The position numbers and the translations under genes were made by a program. A model generated the notes under the pieces. The model ran no database searches and was not told where the DNA came from. It saw only the letters and a program-made list of their open reading frames with translations. 64,000 bases of DNA from Diplonema japonicum (taxonomy: Eukaryota; Protista; Euglenozoa: Diplonemea), in NCBI GenBank assembly GCA_964019335.1, contig OZ025701.1:62001-126000 (forward strand), read 5' to 3'. Every line of letters begins with the position of its first letter. The first letter of the stretch is position 1. Positions 10,473 through 21,634 of the stretch are shown here, one piece after another.

Positions 10473-12149
10473 CTACTTAAAAGCAAGTTTGAAAAAACTC
10501 GAAACTACCAACATGCTGCAAAGATTCGACAACGACAGTGTGCTTTCCCTTCCCGTGATCCTCACGACAGAGCGTATGTGTTCCTCTATGGTTTTGATAG
10601 TGGTGTTCGGAGCAAGGGCTTTGATGACGGACACGACAGACACAAGGTCGTGCTTGTCGCCTTCCACCTTAGCGAGTGCTCCGAGTGAGGTCACAATACT
10701 GGTAACAAACGACTTTGCCTTGTCGGTGTATGACCACAAGATGCCTTCCTCTAGATCCTTGAGACCTTCTGTTGTCACACACTTGCCATGTGGAAGGGTT
10801 TCTATCAGGGCATCATGTTCTGTCGTGCTCAGCCAGGTCAGTGTCGTGAGGTACTTAAGGGCCTCGCTGTGGAAAGCTTCCGCCTCACAGTCATGATCAA
10901 TCTGCATCACAGTGTCAAGCACTTTTGTGCTGTACTCCAAGGAAGCGGTGATGACCTCAGCAGACGTGGACTCCGTAAGGATGTCATAGAACGTGCTGAA
11001 CATGAAATCTTCCTCGTGGTCGGTGCAGGCCAGTGAGATGCTGCACGCTACCTGCAGCGTCTTGGTGTACCCCTTCATAACCCGCGTCATCCACAAAAAG
11101 TAGTCTTCATGGATGGGTCTCTCCATCTGCCTGTTCTGTCTGTACTCAATGAACTGCGTGATGAGCTTCTTCATCTCCTCTTCCGAAAGGTTCAACCGCT
11201 TCACCTTTCTCGGGAGCGGGTCGTCTGCATTTTCCTCCCACTGAGCCAGCGACACGGCTCGCGACCGCCTTTTGTTCATCCAGTCGGGCACGTTCGACTT
11301 CCTTCTCTTGTGCTTTGCATCGTCGAGCTCGATTTTCAACTCCTCCAGCCTCTGCTGCAGATCCTGCACCTCACTTTTAAGGACCTCCTCGGAGTGTGAC
11401 AAATCGTGCGCCCGCCGTTCCACACGCCGCAATGTCTTCTTCAGTGTCGAGACGTTCTCCTCTGACTCCTCGAGCTGAGCGCGCACCTCAAGCACACACC
11501 CCTCTAGCGACGCGGAGACACCCGCCAGTTCCTTGTAGTGCTGCTCTTTTAAATTTCGGATGGTCTCCTCCATTTCTTTGACCTGCTCAGGGATAGCGCC
11601 TTTATCTTCCGCGCGGCTGTTCTGGCGTATGAAAAGTCGGGACTTGTCCTGCTCTTTAGGTGGCAGAGGTGAGAAGTTCGCGAGGGGCTCCTGCTGGACG
11701 TGCCACCTTATGAAGGACTCAACGGTCAGGATGGGTGTGAGCAGGATGTGGCTGTACTGTCTGAAGTGCTTAGATAGGGCTTCGAGGATGGAGCAAGTGC
11801 CTTTGAGCTTCAGCATCCATTGCTCACGTTCGTCTGTGACGCCATCAGCGATGCAGGACAGGCTAGCAGCAAGGCGCTCCATCTCCTCAAGGAGGAGGGG
11901 CTTCTCTGTGGTGTCGGGTGCTGTCGGCACCTGATGTTCATGTACGGAGGGTGCAAGTTGCGTCACCTGTCCCAGCCGCTTCCTCACTACTGGCTGCCTT
12001 GGGATGATCAGATCTACGTTCAGCCGCCTGTTGTTCTTCCCCTTGCTTGAAGGCCAGTGGGTGATCCTCCTCCTTCTGTCTGGGTACATATTTAAATCCC
12101 ACTCATTAGCATCCTTACCAAAGTACGCCAGGTGTAGGTCCTGCGCCAT
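10473..12149 (-). CDS. Hypothetical coiled-coil protein (558 aa)
   Basis: Long ORF with a central E/K/L heptad-rich segment. Confidence 0.75.
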   Translation of the reverse strand: MAQDLHLAYFGKDANEWDLNMYPDRRRRITHWPSSKGKNNRRLNVDLIIPRQPVVRKRLGQVTQLAPSVHEHQVPTAPDTTEKPLLLEEMERLAASLSCIADGVTDEREQWMLKLKGTCSILEALSKHFRQYSHILLTPILTVESFIRWHVQQEPLANFSPLPPKEQDKSRLFIRQNSRAEDKGAIPEQVKEMEETIRNLKEQHYKELAGVSASLEGCVLEVRAQLEESEENVSTLKKTLRRVERRAHDLSHSEEVLKSEVQDLQQRLEELKIELDDAKHKRRKSNVPDWMNKRRSRAVSLAQWEENADDPLPRKVKRLNLSEEEMKKLITQFIEYRQNRQMERPIHEDYFLWMTRVMKGYTKTLQVACSISLACTDHEEDFMFSTFYDILTESTSAEVITASLEYSTKVLDTVMQIDHDCEAEAFHSEALKYLTTLTWLSTTEHDALIETLPHGKCVTTEGLKDLEEGILWSYTDKAKSFVTSIVTSLGALAKVEGDKHDLVSVVSVIKALAPNTTIKTIEEHIRSVVRITGRESTLSLSNLCSMLVVSSFFKLAFK

Positions 12150-12891
12150 ACCTGTCCTGCAGTGTCTGTGGAATTGAAAGGAGTTCCCACAAATTAAATA
12201 AAAAGGTACTTTCTTGTGTTTTTGTATGTTTTTCTCTCTCTTGTTAAAATCAACTTTTATTCTTTCTTTTCTTTTTTTCTTAGATTATTAAACATGATGA
12301 TACACAGAGCGTACCTTCAAGCACGGGGCAAGGCAAGCAGGCTGGGGGAAAGAGAGGGGGGTGTACTACTCAATTTTTCTGATAAGGAAACTAAATTCAA
12401 ATAATAATAAAAAAGGACCCCAGTGACAGTGGTTGCACAGATAAGCGGTTGGGTGAGAAATTACCAACATCCCTCTTGAGTCCAGACAAGCACGATTTAT
12501 TCTCCTTTTTTTCGCCAAGTTTTGTTTGTGCGCAATGATTACAACCTTCTACCTAATAAGGAGATTATTTGCAACGCAGAGCAGAGTGCCGCCAAGGTTC
12601 CTTTTGATAACTATAATAACAAGCGTTTCAGTTCACATAAAAGAACCGTTTGGAAGAAAGGCCGCTTTTGCAAAGACCAGCCTCTCCTGCCTTTTTCTTT
12701 CTTCTTTCTTTTTCATTTTTTTTGCATACAAGTCTTTTCAAAAGATTATTAAAACCTGTTTTCCGGGAAACAACCAACAACAACAACAAAAAAAAAAGGG
12801 GGGGAAGAAAATACACTATAAAAAAAAAAAGCTTCTTCTTTATTTTCTTTCTCGGGTCGACAAAAAAAAAAGAAAAAAAAAAAACTGTTCA

Positions 12892-13746
12892 TCATGCTTT
12901 TTGGGCAATGATGCGAACCCCACCGAGCGACCCCCCAGCGAAGAGCTTGCTGACGACGGTGTAGAAATGGTTCATGTTGCCGAAGATGTTCTCGTTGTGG
13001 ACACGGGTGTGGCGGTCCTTCGCTTGCACATACGACGCATGCCGAGAGGAAACGAAGTCAGTCCACTCAGACGTGAGGTCGGTCCATTGGATGTTCTTGA
13101 ACCCAGCACTCTCAAGCGACGCCACGTACTGCTGCCTCGAAGGGAGGACACCCTGCGGGACAGAGACATCGACATCAAGCATGACGGCTTCTTCCTCCGT
13201 GAAAGTCGAGCGGGCGAAAAAGTCCTCAATGAAGAGCCATCCATCTGCGTGCAGCATTGTCGCCATGTTCTTGAACACGCTCGGACGAACCTCCATTGGA
13301 ATGTGCAGGACTGCGAGCCACGAGACTACACCGTCGTTGCCCTTGCCGAGCACGTCGAGGACCTGTTCGTCAGCTGCATTGCCCATGACACACTGTACTT
13401 TGTTTGCCATGTCGCACCTTGATGTCAGGGACTCTGCTAGCTCATGGATGTCCTTTTGGATCTCTAGGCATTTTACGACGCAGTTGCTTTTCTCGCTGAT
13501 AACCCTTGCGGGGCCGCCCAGCCCGCTCCCCACGTCCACCACGCTCTTTCCCTCCCCAAGCTGCATCACGTCAATCACCCTGTCGCACCCCTGCACCCCG
13601 CTGTACGAGAGCATCGTTATTTTGTGCACTACCTCAGCCGGAACGGTCCCTACCTTCCTGTCGTACCCTGCGTCTGCAAGCTCCGACTCGATCCTGTCCA
13701 TGTCTGTGTACAGCTTCATTGTCTTGATATCTTCTGTGACGGTCAT
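12892..13746 (-). CDS. Class I SAM-dependent methyltransferase, sarcosine/dimethylglycine N-methyltransferase-like
   Basis: Motif I VDVGSGLGGPAR; DGVVSWLAVLHIP; LHADGWLFIEDF; intronless. Confidence 0.8.
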   Translation of the reverse strand: MTVTEDIKTMKLYTDMDRIESELADAGYDRKVGTVPAEVVHKITMLSYSGVQGCDRVIDVMQLGEGKSVVDVGSGLGGPARVISEKSNCVVKCLEIQKDIHELAESLTSRCDMANKVQCVMGNAADEQVLDVLGKGNDGVVSWLAVLHIPMEVRPSVFKNMATMLHADGWLFIEDFFARSTFTEEEAVMLDVDVSVPQGVLPSRQQYVASLESAGFKNIQWTDLTSEWTDFVSSRHASYVQAKDRHTRVHNENIFGNMNHFYTVVSKLFAGGSLGGVRIIAQKA

Positions 13747-13873
13747 GGGTGCCTGGTGTGTGGATGACAGAAATATTACGGAGGGGGAATATGGAAAACG
13801 AAAAAAAAACTCTATAAAAATAATATTCGTTTACACGTTTAGAAAACAAAAGGGGGGATGCGTTTCTTTTTTT

Positions 13874-14233
13874 TCAGAACCTCCAGCTTTCGTGGACATC
13901 TGCCCACGAAAAGCGCGACTGCTGGACTTTTGAGTAAATGATGTCGATGCTGACCTGCGCTTGCTTGCACCACGCATAGGCGATGCGGGGGTCTATGTAG
14001 TTCCACAAGACGCTGTTCCGTGTCGCGGGCAAGGTACTGTACTGTGTCGTGGGCACTGACGACACCAAGCGTTCAGACATTCTGACCTTGTGTCTGATTT
14101 TTGCAACCCTTATCTCCAACCCCTCTTCGGTAGACGGGAAGGCCACCCTTCTAGGCCTTTTTGGAGGCCTTGCCCCAAGCCCTGTTTGCACGACCGGTGG
14201 CGGGAGACAACTGGAACCATCACCGTACTCCAT
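13874..14233 (-). CDS. Short divergent paralogue of the topoisomerase IB small subunit (119 aa)
   Basis: VLWNYIDPRIAYAWC...IYSK..Q..F.WA...WRF aligns with the C-terminus of the neighbouring gene; PPKRP..FPS followed by a helical segment is also shared. Confidence 0.8.
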   Translation of the reverse strand: MEYGDGSSCLPPPVVQTGLGARPPKRPRRVAFPSTEEGLEIRVAKIRHKVRMSERLVSSVPTTQYSTLPATRNSVLWNYIDPRIAYAWCKQAQVSIDIIYSKVQQSRFSWADVHESWRF

Positions 14234-14416
14234 ATCTATGCCTGTGAGCAAGAATATTAACAAAACGCTGGGTTCTCAAAAAAAAAAAAAAAAAAAACGG
14301 TTCTTATAAAAGTTCTTCGTACAAAATAAAAATAAAAATAAAAGAAGCGGGGCGAGGGGGAAAAGGGTTTTAGGATATAAGGGGAACACACTAAACAAAG
14401 ACGCGAGATGCGGGGG

Positions 14417-15503
14417 TCAGAACCTCCAGTCGTCGTTGATGTTGATGGCCCAGGGAAACTTCTTCTGTAGAGTCTTCGAGTAGACCTGAGTGATGCCCAC
14501 ATTTTCACGCGAGCACCATGCACTGATGACACGGGGGTCGATGTAATTAGTTTTAGAAGTGGTCAGACTGACTTCCTGTAGATTGTTTGCTTTGCTCGCT
14601 GTATTATAAGGCATACCTTTGACTCGTCTTTCATGGACAAGTTCGATTCCTGTTTTGTGATCTGCTGCTTGAGCTTCTCGATCTTCTTTTCCAGAGCATC
14701 AATATTAGAGGGGAATGGCTGCTTTGTGGGTTGCTTAGGGGGCTTCTTGTTTTTCTCTTCTTCCGCTTGGATTCTTGCAGCTTCCGTTGCGGTGGCACTA
14801 CGATATAATTTATTTTTAAAAAAAAGAAATCATTGGGAACATGGCACATACTCACTCAAGTCCATGCGTGAGACAAGGTCCAAGGCAATCAGCGCAAGGG
14901 TTGCTTTGTCATCGTCATTGAGGTCGATGTCTTCTTTTTCCTCCTAATGGCGCGTGGAAAGAGAAGAAAAAGTACTCATTCATACTGGCTCAGCAACAGG
15001 CAGCACTCTCTTCTTCGATGGCTGGGCAGGCGCCCTCTTCTTTGAGGCTTTTTTCGGTTGCGCCTTCGGTGACGAAGTCCCCCCTGCGGACTTCCTCTTC
15101 TTTTTAGGAATCTGCAAAAATAGTTACGTTTATTTTGAATTCTTGCCGTTTTTTTTTTTCTTTTTTTTTTCTCTCTTTTTTTTGTTACCTCATCGCTGTC
15201 AGAATCGCTTGAAGAGGAGGAGGACGAGGAAGAGGATGAAGAAGAGGAGGAGGAAGACTCGGACTGTTTTCTCTTCACTGGCGACTTCTTAGGAGATGCT
15301 TTTGCTTTCGCGGGAGAACCCGCTTTTTTCACCGGGGAGCCCGCCTTAGGGTCGTAAGGGATGTGCTGTTTTTTTGTTATTTTTCTTTCTCCCCCCCCCC
15401 CCCCCCCCCTCTCTTTTTTCTGTTCTTTCCCCTCCTCATTCTTTGCACACCTTGCCATCTTCTCCTTTCACAAAGCACCCGCCATTCCTGGCGAACATTA
15501 GCA

Positions 15504-15543
<40 letters not shown>

Positions 15544-15806
15544 AGACGTATTTTACATCAGGACATACCAGCCCATTGCCTCTCTTCTCGAGCCTGCTCC
15601 CGTTGGCTTTGAATAAACATTGGTACCCGTTAGTGTACTTCACGTTGTACGTGGCCGCCACGCACACCTTCGTCACGACTTCACCGTATTCCGCCTTTTA
15701 AGTGTTGAGTTTGGCACCTTCCTCATACCACTAGTTTCTCAACAGCACTCTCAATCTGCCCTTTCTCTTCATCGGTGAGAGCCTGGGCCGGGGCGGGCGT
15801 CGTCAT
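14417..15806 (-). CDS. TOP1S: DNA topoisomerase IB small (catalytic Tyr) subunit, ~330 aa, 7 introns
   Basis: SLTTSKTNYIDPRVISAWC...KTLQKKFPWA; poly-Ser tract as in kinetoplastid small subunits; no core domain; introns 15695-15728, 15505-15568, 15366-15450, 15112-15188, 14944-14985, 14798-14851 and 14576-14616 give a 993-nt open CDS. Confidence 0.88.
15506..15541. repeat. (TG)n microsatellite inside a TOP1S intron
   Basis: ~18 TG units running into the CAG acceptor on the minus strand. Confidence 0.95.
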
Positions 15807-15878
15807 CTTTAATCCGTCCCTCGTCCCTGGTGCAGGATGCGATCAGTGCTCTGTCTTAATAATTCTTTGAAAATAACT

Positions 15879-16463
15879 CTAAGCTACAAGGTTTGTAAGT
15901 ATATTTGCTAATGCAGAAAAGTGTTTGTCTGAAGGAACGCTGAAGGTGGTGGTTTGCAGTGTGTTCTGTGTAACGCAGAAGGACGACTGCCTTGGGGTGG
16001 TTACTGATGAGATAGTGTCGAATGGTAGGGTGATAGTCCCTGTAGGGAGGACAAAGGTGAGCGAGTCAGATGGCTGTGATAACCAGCAGAACGAAGGTGT
16101 GGGGTTAGGGTTATGTAAAGTGGCGGGGAACCCTGATTCTAGCAAAGGGCTCACGCGTTCGGGTGAGATGTGCTTTGGAGCAATCGGTGAGACAAGAAGA
16201 GGTGAACCGTGTTCCATTGTCTCCTGTCCCATGCTTGAGACCTCTACCTCTGTGTCGCTTTCCATTTCCTCGAAGTCGTCACCTACTTCCAACAGCAGTC
16301 TTCGCAGCTTCATCCTCCACACTGCCTTCCCCACCACACTCCTCACCACCTGTTCGTCCTTCACAAGCTCTTTCAAATCGACAACTTCGTCATAACCAGC
16401 ACGCCGTACTGGGGACACTATCATGCTCAGCCCGTGGCGTGTGAGCCACCTGTCCATTTCCAT
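15879..16463 (-). CDS. SAM-domain protein with a possible PH-like C-terminus
   Basis: WLTRHGLSMIVSPVRRAGYDEVVDLKEL is SAM-like; beta-rich C-terminus ending in a helix. Confidence 0.6.
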   Translation of the reverse strand: MEMDRWLTRHGLSMIVSPVRRAGYDEVVDLKELVKDEQVVRSVVGKAVWRMKLRRLLLEVGDDFEEMESDTEVEVSSMGQETMEHGSPLLVSPIAPKHISPERVSPLLESGFPATLHNPNPTPSFCWLSQPSDSLTFVLPTGTITLPFDTISSVTTPRQSSFCVTQNTLQTTTFSVPSDKHFSALANILTNLVA

Positions 16464-16527
16464 GTCCTGAGATGGCTCGTTGCAGAAGAGCCAAAGACAA
16501 TATTTTACAATAGATAGAATATAGCAA

Positions 16528-17334
16528 TCAGTGGTTATGGACGTGGTAGTGCAGTACACCGTACGCCCAGAACCCTTCCCCGGCGTTCTGTGGAAGGGGC
16601 GGGATGTTCGCAGGCAGCCGCGGTTGGGCGAATGAAGGCGCAGCCACCGGCTGGGGGGGATGGTGGTGTTGGTGGTAGTGATGATGATGATGATGATGAT
16701 GGCGTTGGTGGCGTTGCGGCTGTGGTGGGGACGGCGTGGTGTTGAAAGACATTCGCCCGTCGCGCAGAAGTGCTGTGGGCTTTACCTGAGATCCTTCGCT
16801 TGATTTCACAACCCCTTGCGAAGTACCTTTCTTGTACCGTCCCACCCCCTGCTCTGCTTCCCATTGCTTGCAAGCATCATTCCACTCATCAGGCGTTGTG
16901 TGCACAGGTGTGCCATCTAGGTTCGACTGCACTGCTATTGCATTAGGGTTATTAGGATCTGCCCGTTTCATCTTCTGCACCTTTTCCCAGAACGTGTGCG
17001 AAGCATGGAAGGTGATCTCTCCATCACTTCCCTGTACAGTCACGGTGTGGGGGTTGGCCTCTTCCCACTCCTTTACATACCCCCTCATGAATTGCTGGTT
17101 CACTTTCAGCTTCTCGTTGCTGTGCGAAGGTGAAACCACAAACAGCGGAGGGGGTTGTGGTGCATCACGCACCGCATCCACAAAGTTACCCCAGAAATCT
17201 AGATCTGCGGGGAACGTGAACTTCTTAATCTCGCCATCCATCGTGTTAAAGGTCCCCTTCGTCTCGCGCTCCTTTGCCCGAGATATCCCCTGGGCGCCCA
17301 CGGGCTTCATGCATGGGACCAGCAATTGGCGCAT
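16528..17334 (-). CDS. Hypothetical protein with two ~65-aa repeats and a His/Pro-rich tail
   Basis: DGEI..TF.A...FW...(K)xWExx pattern occurs twice; poly-His tract. Confidence 0.65.
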   Translation of the reverse strand: MRQLLVPCMKPVGAQGISRAKERETKGTFNTMDGEIKKFTFPADLDFWGNFVDAVRDAPQPPPLFVVSPSHSNEKLKVNQQFMRGYVKEWEEANPHTVTVQGSDGEITFHASHTFWEKVQKMKRADPNNPNAIAVQSNLDGTPVHTTPDEWNDACKQWEAEQGVGRYKKGTSQGVVKSSEGSQVKPTALLRDGRMSFNTTPSPPQPQRHQRHHHHHHHHYHQHHHPPQPVAAPSFAQPRLPANIPPLPQNAGEGFWAYGVLHYHVHNH

Positions 17335-17389
17335 CTTCACCTGTTGTGAGAATGATATTTGTAAAGTCGTGTGCAGTCAGAAGGAATAT

Positions 17390-19021
17390 CTATGCTGTAC
17401 ATTTGAATCGTAAGAAAGGGTTTGCGGGTTGTTTAGGCTTTACAACCTCGGCTTCGATCGATTGCTCTTCGGAGGCGGGCGCGGACTGCGAGGCTTCACT
17501 ACCTTCTTCAATACACACAACCTCCTCTTCCTCTTCGTTGTCCTCTTCTTCCTCCTCGGTGGTGTACTCCTCGCTGGCCACGTAAGCAGCTATGGTGTCC
17601 CTATTGTCAGTGGGCATTGTCTCCGCCATCAGCTCCAGCCTTGCCCTGACTACCCCATCGCTCTCCTTGTCAGGCGAGAGCCTCCTCACTTTGTAAACCG
17701 GTTCCCCGTCTTCCTCTGCCTTTGGCTCTTCGGTGCAGTAGAAGAAAAACCTGCTCCTCACCACACACGCTGTACTCCTCTTAGAGCTTTCAACCTTAAC
17801 AACCGCTGCTGGCGCCTTGCTGCTAGATGCGGGGCGCTTCTTGTGCACGGTTGAGGGGCCGCTGCTGTTGACCTTGTCCTCGCTTTCCTTTTTCTCTTCT
17901 TTCACGTGCTCCTCCATCACTCGCGGCTTCCGCACAAGGTGTCCCAGCAGAGACCCCTGAGCAAGGTTAGGCCCCGTCTTTTTCCTCAGCCTCAGATTCT
18001 TGTAGTTCTTCATGTTGCAGTTATATGTGCCGATGTACGGCTGAAGAGTAGTAGGGTCGGTCTCGAAGGAGGCGATCCGGGCAACGAGGGAGGGGTCCCA
18101 AGGGGTGCCGATGAGGAGGTGAGGCGGCGTGGGTGGAACAACCACTGGGGGGTGCAGGTGCTCGAGGGTGTTGCCCGAGGGGTCGATGACACACTGGTGG
18201 CGGAAGGCGTAGAGCGCATTGCGGTAGCCGGTGAGGTACTCCGCAAGGACGGGGGCAGGGTAGTCCACACTCAGGTGCGCGAGAATCGCTTCGATATCAG
18301 GGAACTGAGCACGAAGCTTGAAGGCCTTCTTGATACCAATACCTCTCAAGGAAGGAAGGTAGTCGCAGCCCGCAAGGACACACGCCTCGAGGAATGCGTC
18401 AGCATTGAGGTCAGGAGGCACAACGATCGAATGAGCGAGGAGCTGCCCAGTGCCGGTTGCGTCCATTTTGGTGAAGACATTAGCAACACAGTGGGCAACG
18501 AGGTCGCTGTCCTCTGTGATGACTACGTCGATGAGGTGCCTGTGCGACAGGTAGGCAAGCTGCGCATCAGCTTCATATGGTGCAAGCACCACCTGCACGT
18601 CGTTGTGCCGCAGGACACGGATGACGGTGATGGCAAGCTCGGGGGTCACATCATATGAGTTGGCATAGAGGTCCATCGCCTTCAGCCTGTCACCACTCTC
18701 AAGGCACTTCTTTGCTCTCTCCTTGCACTCCGCCCGCTTGGCATGCCGTCCTACATTCGTGCCTTCTTTTAAAGGAAGGTCTGCTCCGTCGAAAACGACA
18801 ACCGGCACCACCCCCGCATCCGTTAGGATCTGCACCCTGTCTAGGAAGTATTTCAAATACGCCTGTGTTTCCAGCCCCACGCTCAGCTCATAGGCACAGC
18901 TGTACACCGCCCTGTGGAGCCACGCATACCCATCGATACCTGCCCGCTTCCCTCGGAACTTGCTTATGTGCACCTCCTCCGTATTCTCTTTGAGTGCTTT
19001 TAGCAGCCCACTGATGCCCAT
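17390..19021 (-). CDS. EXO1: Exonuclease 1 (XPG/FEN1 family)
   Basis: MGISGLL, GIDGYAWLHR, VFDGADLPLK, APYEADAQLAYL, ITEDSDL, GCDYLPSLRGIGIKKA; true ATG at 19021 (upstream ORF part is low complexity). Confidence 0.92.
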   Translation of the reverse strand: MGISGLLKALKENTEEVHISKFRGKRAGIDGYAWLHRAVYSCAYELSVGLETQAYLKYFLDRVQILTDAGVVPVVVFDGADLPLKEGTNVGRHAKRAECKERAKKCLESGDRLKAMDLYANSYDVTPELAITVIRVLRHNDVQVVLAPYEADAQLAYLSHRHLIDVVITEDSDLVAHCVANVFTKMDATGTGQLLAHSIVVPPDLNADAFLEACVLAGCDYLPSLRGIGIKKAFKLRAQFPDIEAILAHLSVDYPAPVLAEYLTGYRNALYAFRHQCVIDPSGNTLEHLHPPVVVPPTPPHLLIGTPWDPSLVARIASFETDPTTLQPYIGTYNCNMKNYKNLRLRKKTGPNLAQGSLLGHLVRKPRVMEEHVKEEKKESEDKVNSSGPSTVHKKRPASSSKAPAAVVKVESSKRSTACVVRSRFFFYCTEEPKAEEDGEPVYKVRRLSPDKESDGVVRARLELMAETMPTDNRDTIAAYVASEEYTTEEEEEDNEEEEEVVCIEEGSEASQSAPASEEQSIEAEVVKPKQPANPFLRFKCTA

Positions 19022-20124
19022 GTTTTTTCTTCTTTTTTTCTTGTGCTGAAAACATGTAATTTTCCGTTTCTTGGTAATTTCATTCCGTTTTCTTTTTATA
19101 ATAATAGAATCAGAGTGAGGTGTGGAAGGAGATGGGGTAGACACAGGAGAAATATGGGAAATATAAAAAAAAAAAGAAGAGGGAGAAATGAAGAGGGGGG
19201 GGGGGGGGGGGGGGGTACGGGGCGTGTGAAAGCAAAAGGCGGGGAAACAGGACTGGGGCTGAGACAAAAAAAAAAACTGTAAGGGACAAAGAAAAAAGAA
19301 AAAGCGCGCCAGGCGTCAGACAAATGTCCGGGGAGGGGGGGGTCTCTCTACGTTTTCATTCCGGGTTTATTTTCTGTTCAAAAACTGGGGCGCTTCACAA
19401 GCCCCCCCTGCCAAGGTGTCTTCCTCATTTAAAAGAAACCCAGAGTTTTGTCAGGCCGACATCTCTTTTCCGTTTTACAGTAATGGGGGAAAATATGGAA
19501 GAGAAAAAAATGAAAAATAAAGAATAACAACAACAAAGAAAAGAAAAAAATACTCACAGAAACCTCACCCCCCCCCCCCCCCCCATTTCGCTTCTATTGT
19601 CAACAAGAAGCCATTCGCTTTCTCTTGTTTCTCTATTCATTTTAAATAACTTCTTTCTTGATATCTCTTGTGTCTTCTTTTTTTTCCCCTTCTTTTTTAA
19701 ATAATTTCCCTTCCTACCAAGGTACTTGAAAGGAGAAAGAGAGGAGGGGGGAAAAAAAAGGGGAAAAAAAAAGGGGGGGAACCTAAAACATATCGGGTGT
19801 GGGCGGCAGAATAAAAAAAAAAAAAAAAGAAAAGGAAAAGTAAATTTCGCTTCGATACTGATGGCTGGTGGCTGGGTTAGAAAAAAAAAAAAGAAGAAAT
19901 GACTTTAGTTGCTTCACAAATCGCTAGGCCTGTGAGTCAATTTCAAGAAAAGAAATTCTCTATAGGGCGGGTGGTGACCTTTGGTTTCTTTGTTCCCCTC
20001 CACCTATTTATATTCTCTCCCCCCTTTTTTGCGCTTTTTGCTTACTTAAAAGCGATTAAAGCTGTTGTTTCAGTTATGAAACCATATAAAATTTGAAAAA
20101 CAAAACACAAAATTTGCAAACTAA

Positions 20125-21630
20125 AGGGGGGGCCTGAATAATTCCCTCCCAAATAATGTGTTTTTTCCCAAATAATTCTTTTTTTTTTTGGGGATTTTTC
20201 CACTCCAAATTTCCCAAATAATTCCCAACCCCCTTTCTTTTTTTTTTTTTGGGGACCAGGGTGGGGGGGGTCACATGGTAGTCGTGCAACGGGCTTTTCT
20301 CAGTTATGCCTGTGCAGGGTACTAGCCTACCTAACCCATTATGACACCCCTTTTTTGACCAAAAAGTCGATTTTCACCTGGTTTTGGGCACTTACGAGCA
20401 ATTCCTTTGCATTTTGAACAGGGACCACAGGGTTTGGCACCTGGGTTATTGTGGGGGACTATTTTTCTTAATGCAAGAAGCTAGCTGGTTTGTGATGAAC
20501 GGTTCAAAATTTCACAGAACCACTTAGTTCAAAGGCGCTTGTGGGTGGCCTGGGTGCTTCTGCGTTGCCGGAAGGGCATGTGCATTCATGTGTTGACAAC
20601 TTATCCAGTATTTGCTTTGTTTCATGGCCCACAATGTCAATATTCCATTCCTGAGCAAGATCCCAAAGTTGTGTCGTAGCCCACTGGCAGTATTGTGAGG
20701 CTGCTTACACAAGTAAGAGTGCTGGCCCAGTGAGCCATGAGGGCAAAAACCCCATTTTCTTCTAGAAGATGAGAAATATATTATAGTGTGACATGATCAG
20801 ACTGGAACGGCTGCCCTGGGGCATCCTCTGCTCAACCCAGCAGACGTGGGAGGCCCTTCTTCAGAAGGTGCCAGTCGCTTGATCAGTGCCATCGTGCACG
20901 CTATATTTTATTAGTACAAATATAACAATCGATTGAAAAGGAAAAGTATGTATTGTGAGGCTGCTTCTCACCATTTTGAGGGGTTAAGGGGGGCTGTGGC
21001 ATGCCCCAAGCAGCCGAGGTGGGACGTTGATGACTGCAGCAGAGTGCCGAGTCAACGTGGCACTGTGGATAGGGCAAGCACATGAGAAGGGTCATGCAAC
21101 TGCTCAACACCTTTAGCTATATGCGATCTCACGGCTACCTTCCAGGTAGTTCCGAGGAGGCCATACAGCTAAGGGCACTTAGCAAAGTTTAGACAGTGCA
21201 GCACAGAACGTTGTTGCAGGTGTTACAATGGACACTACACCTGATGAGACTCCAGCAGCCTCCCAAGCCCTTGCAGCTTCTCAAGCCCTGACAGTTTCTC
21301 AAGCCTCTCAGACCCCAGCAACCTCCCAGCAACCACCTAACGCCAAAACCAGGCGGTTTGTCTGCAACGTTTGTGGGTTCTCCACAGCCTGGGAGAAAAA
21401 CTGTTAAAATTTCCCTTGGAAAAAAAAAGAGCTTGAAAAAAGTCTTGGCACGATTTGGCATGTTAAGATTTCCGAAGTGCTCTAAGCCCCTCTCCCTGCT
21501 TTCCATGTGGCAGGCCCCCCAGCCCAAATAAGTACAACCCAAATAAGTGTATTCCAAATAATTCTTTTTTTTTGGAGCCCTAACACCCCCCCTCCACTGC
21601 CCAAATAAAGGGATTATTCAGGGGGCCCCT
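20125..21630. mobile_element. Non-autonomous/decayed TIR DNA transposon (Kolobok-like termini)
   Basis: Left end AGGGGGGGCCTGAATAATTCCCT, right end (rev-comp) AGGGGCCCCCTGAATAATCCCT; flanks CTAA and TTAA; seven CCAAATAA subterminal motifs; decayed plus-strand coding relic ending FVCNVCGF. Confidence 0.7.
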
Positions 21631-21634
21631 TTAA

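Noticed and set aside
12526-13933. Long plus-strand ORFs over the methyltransferase
   Set aside because: Antisense shadows that begin or end in low-complexity sequence
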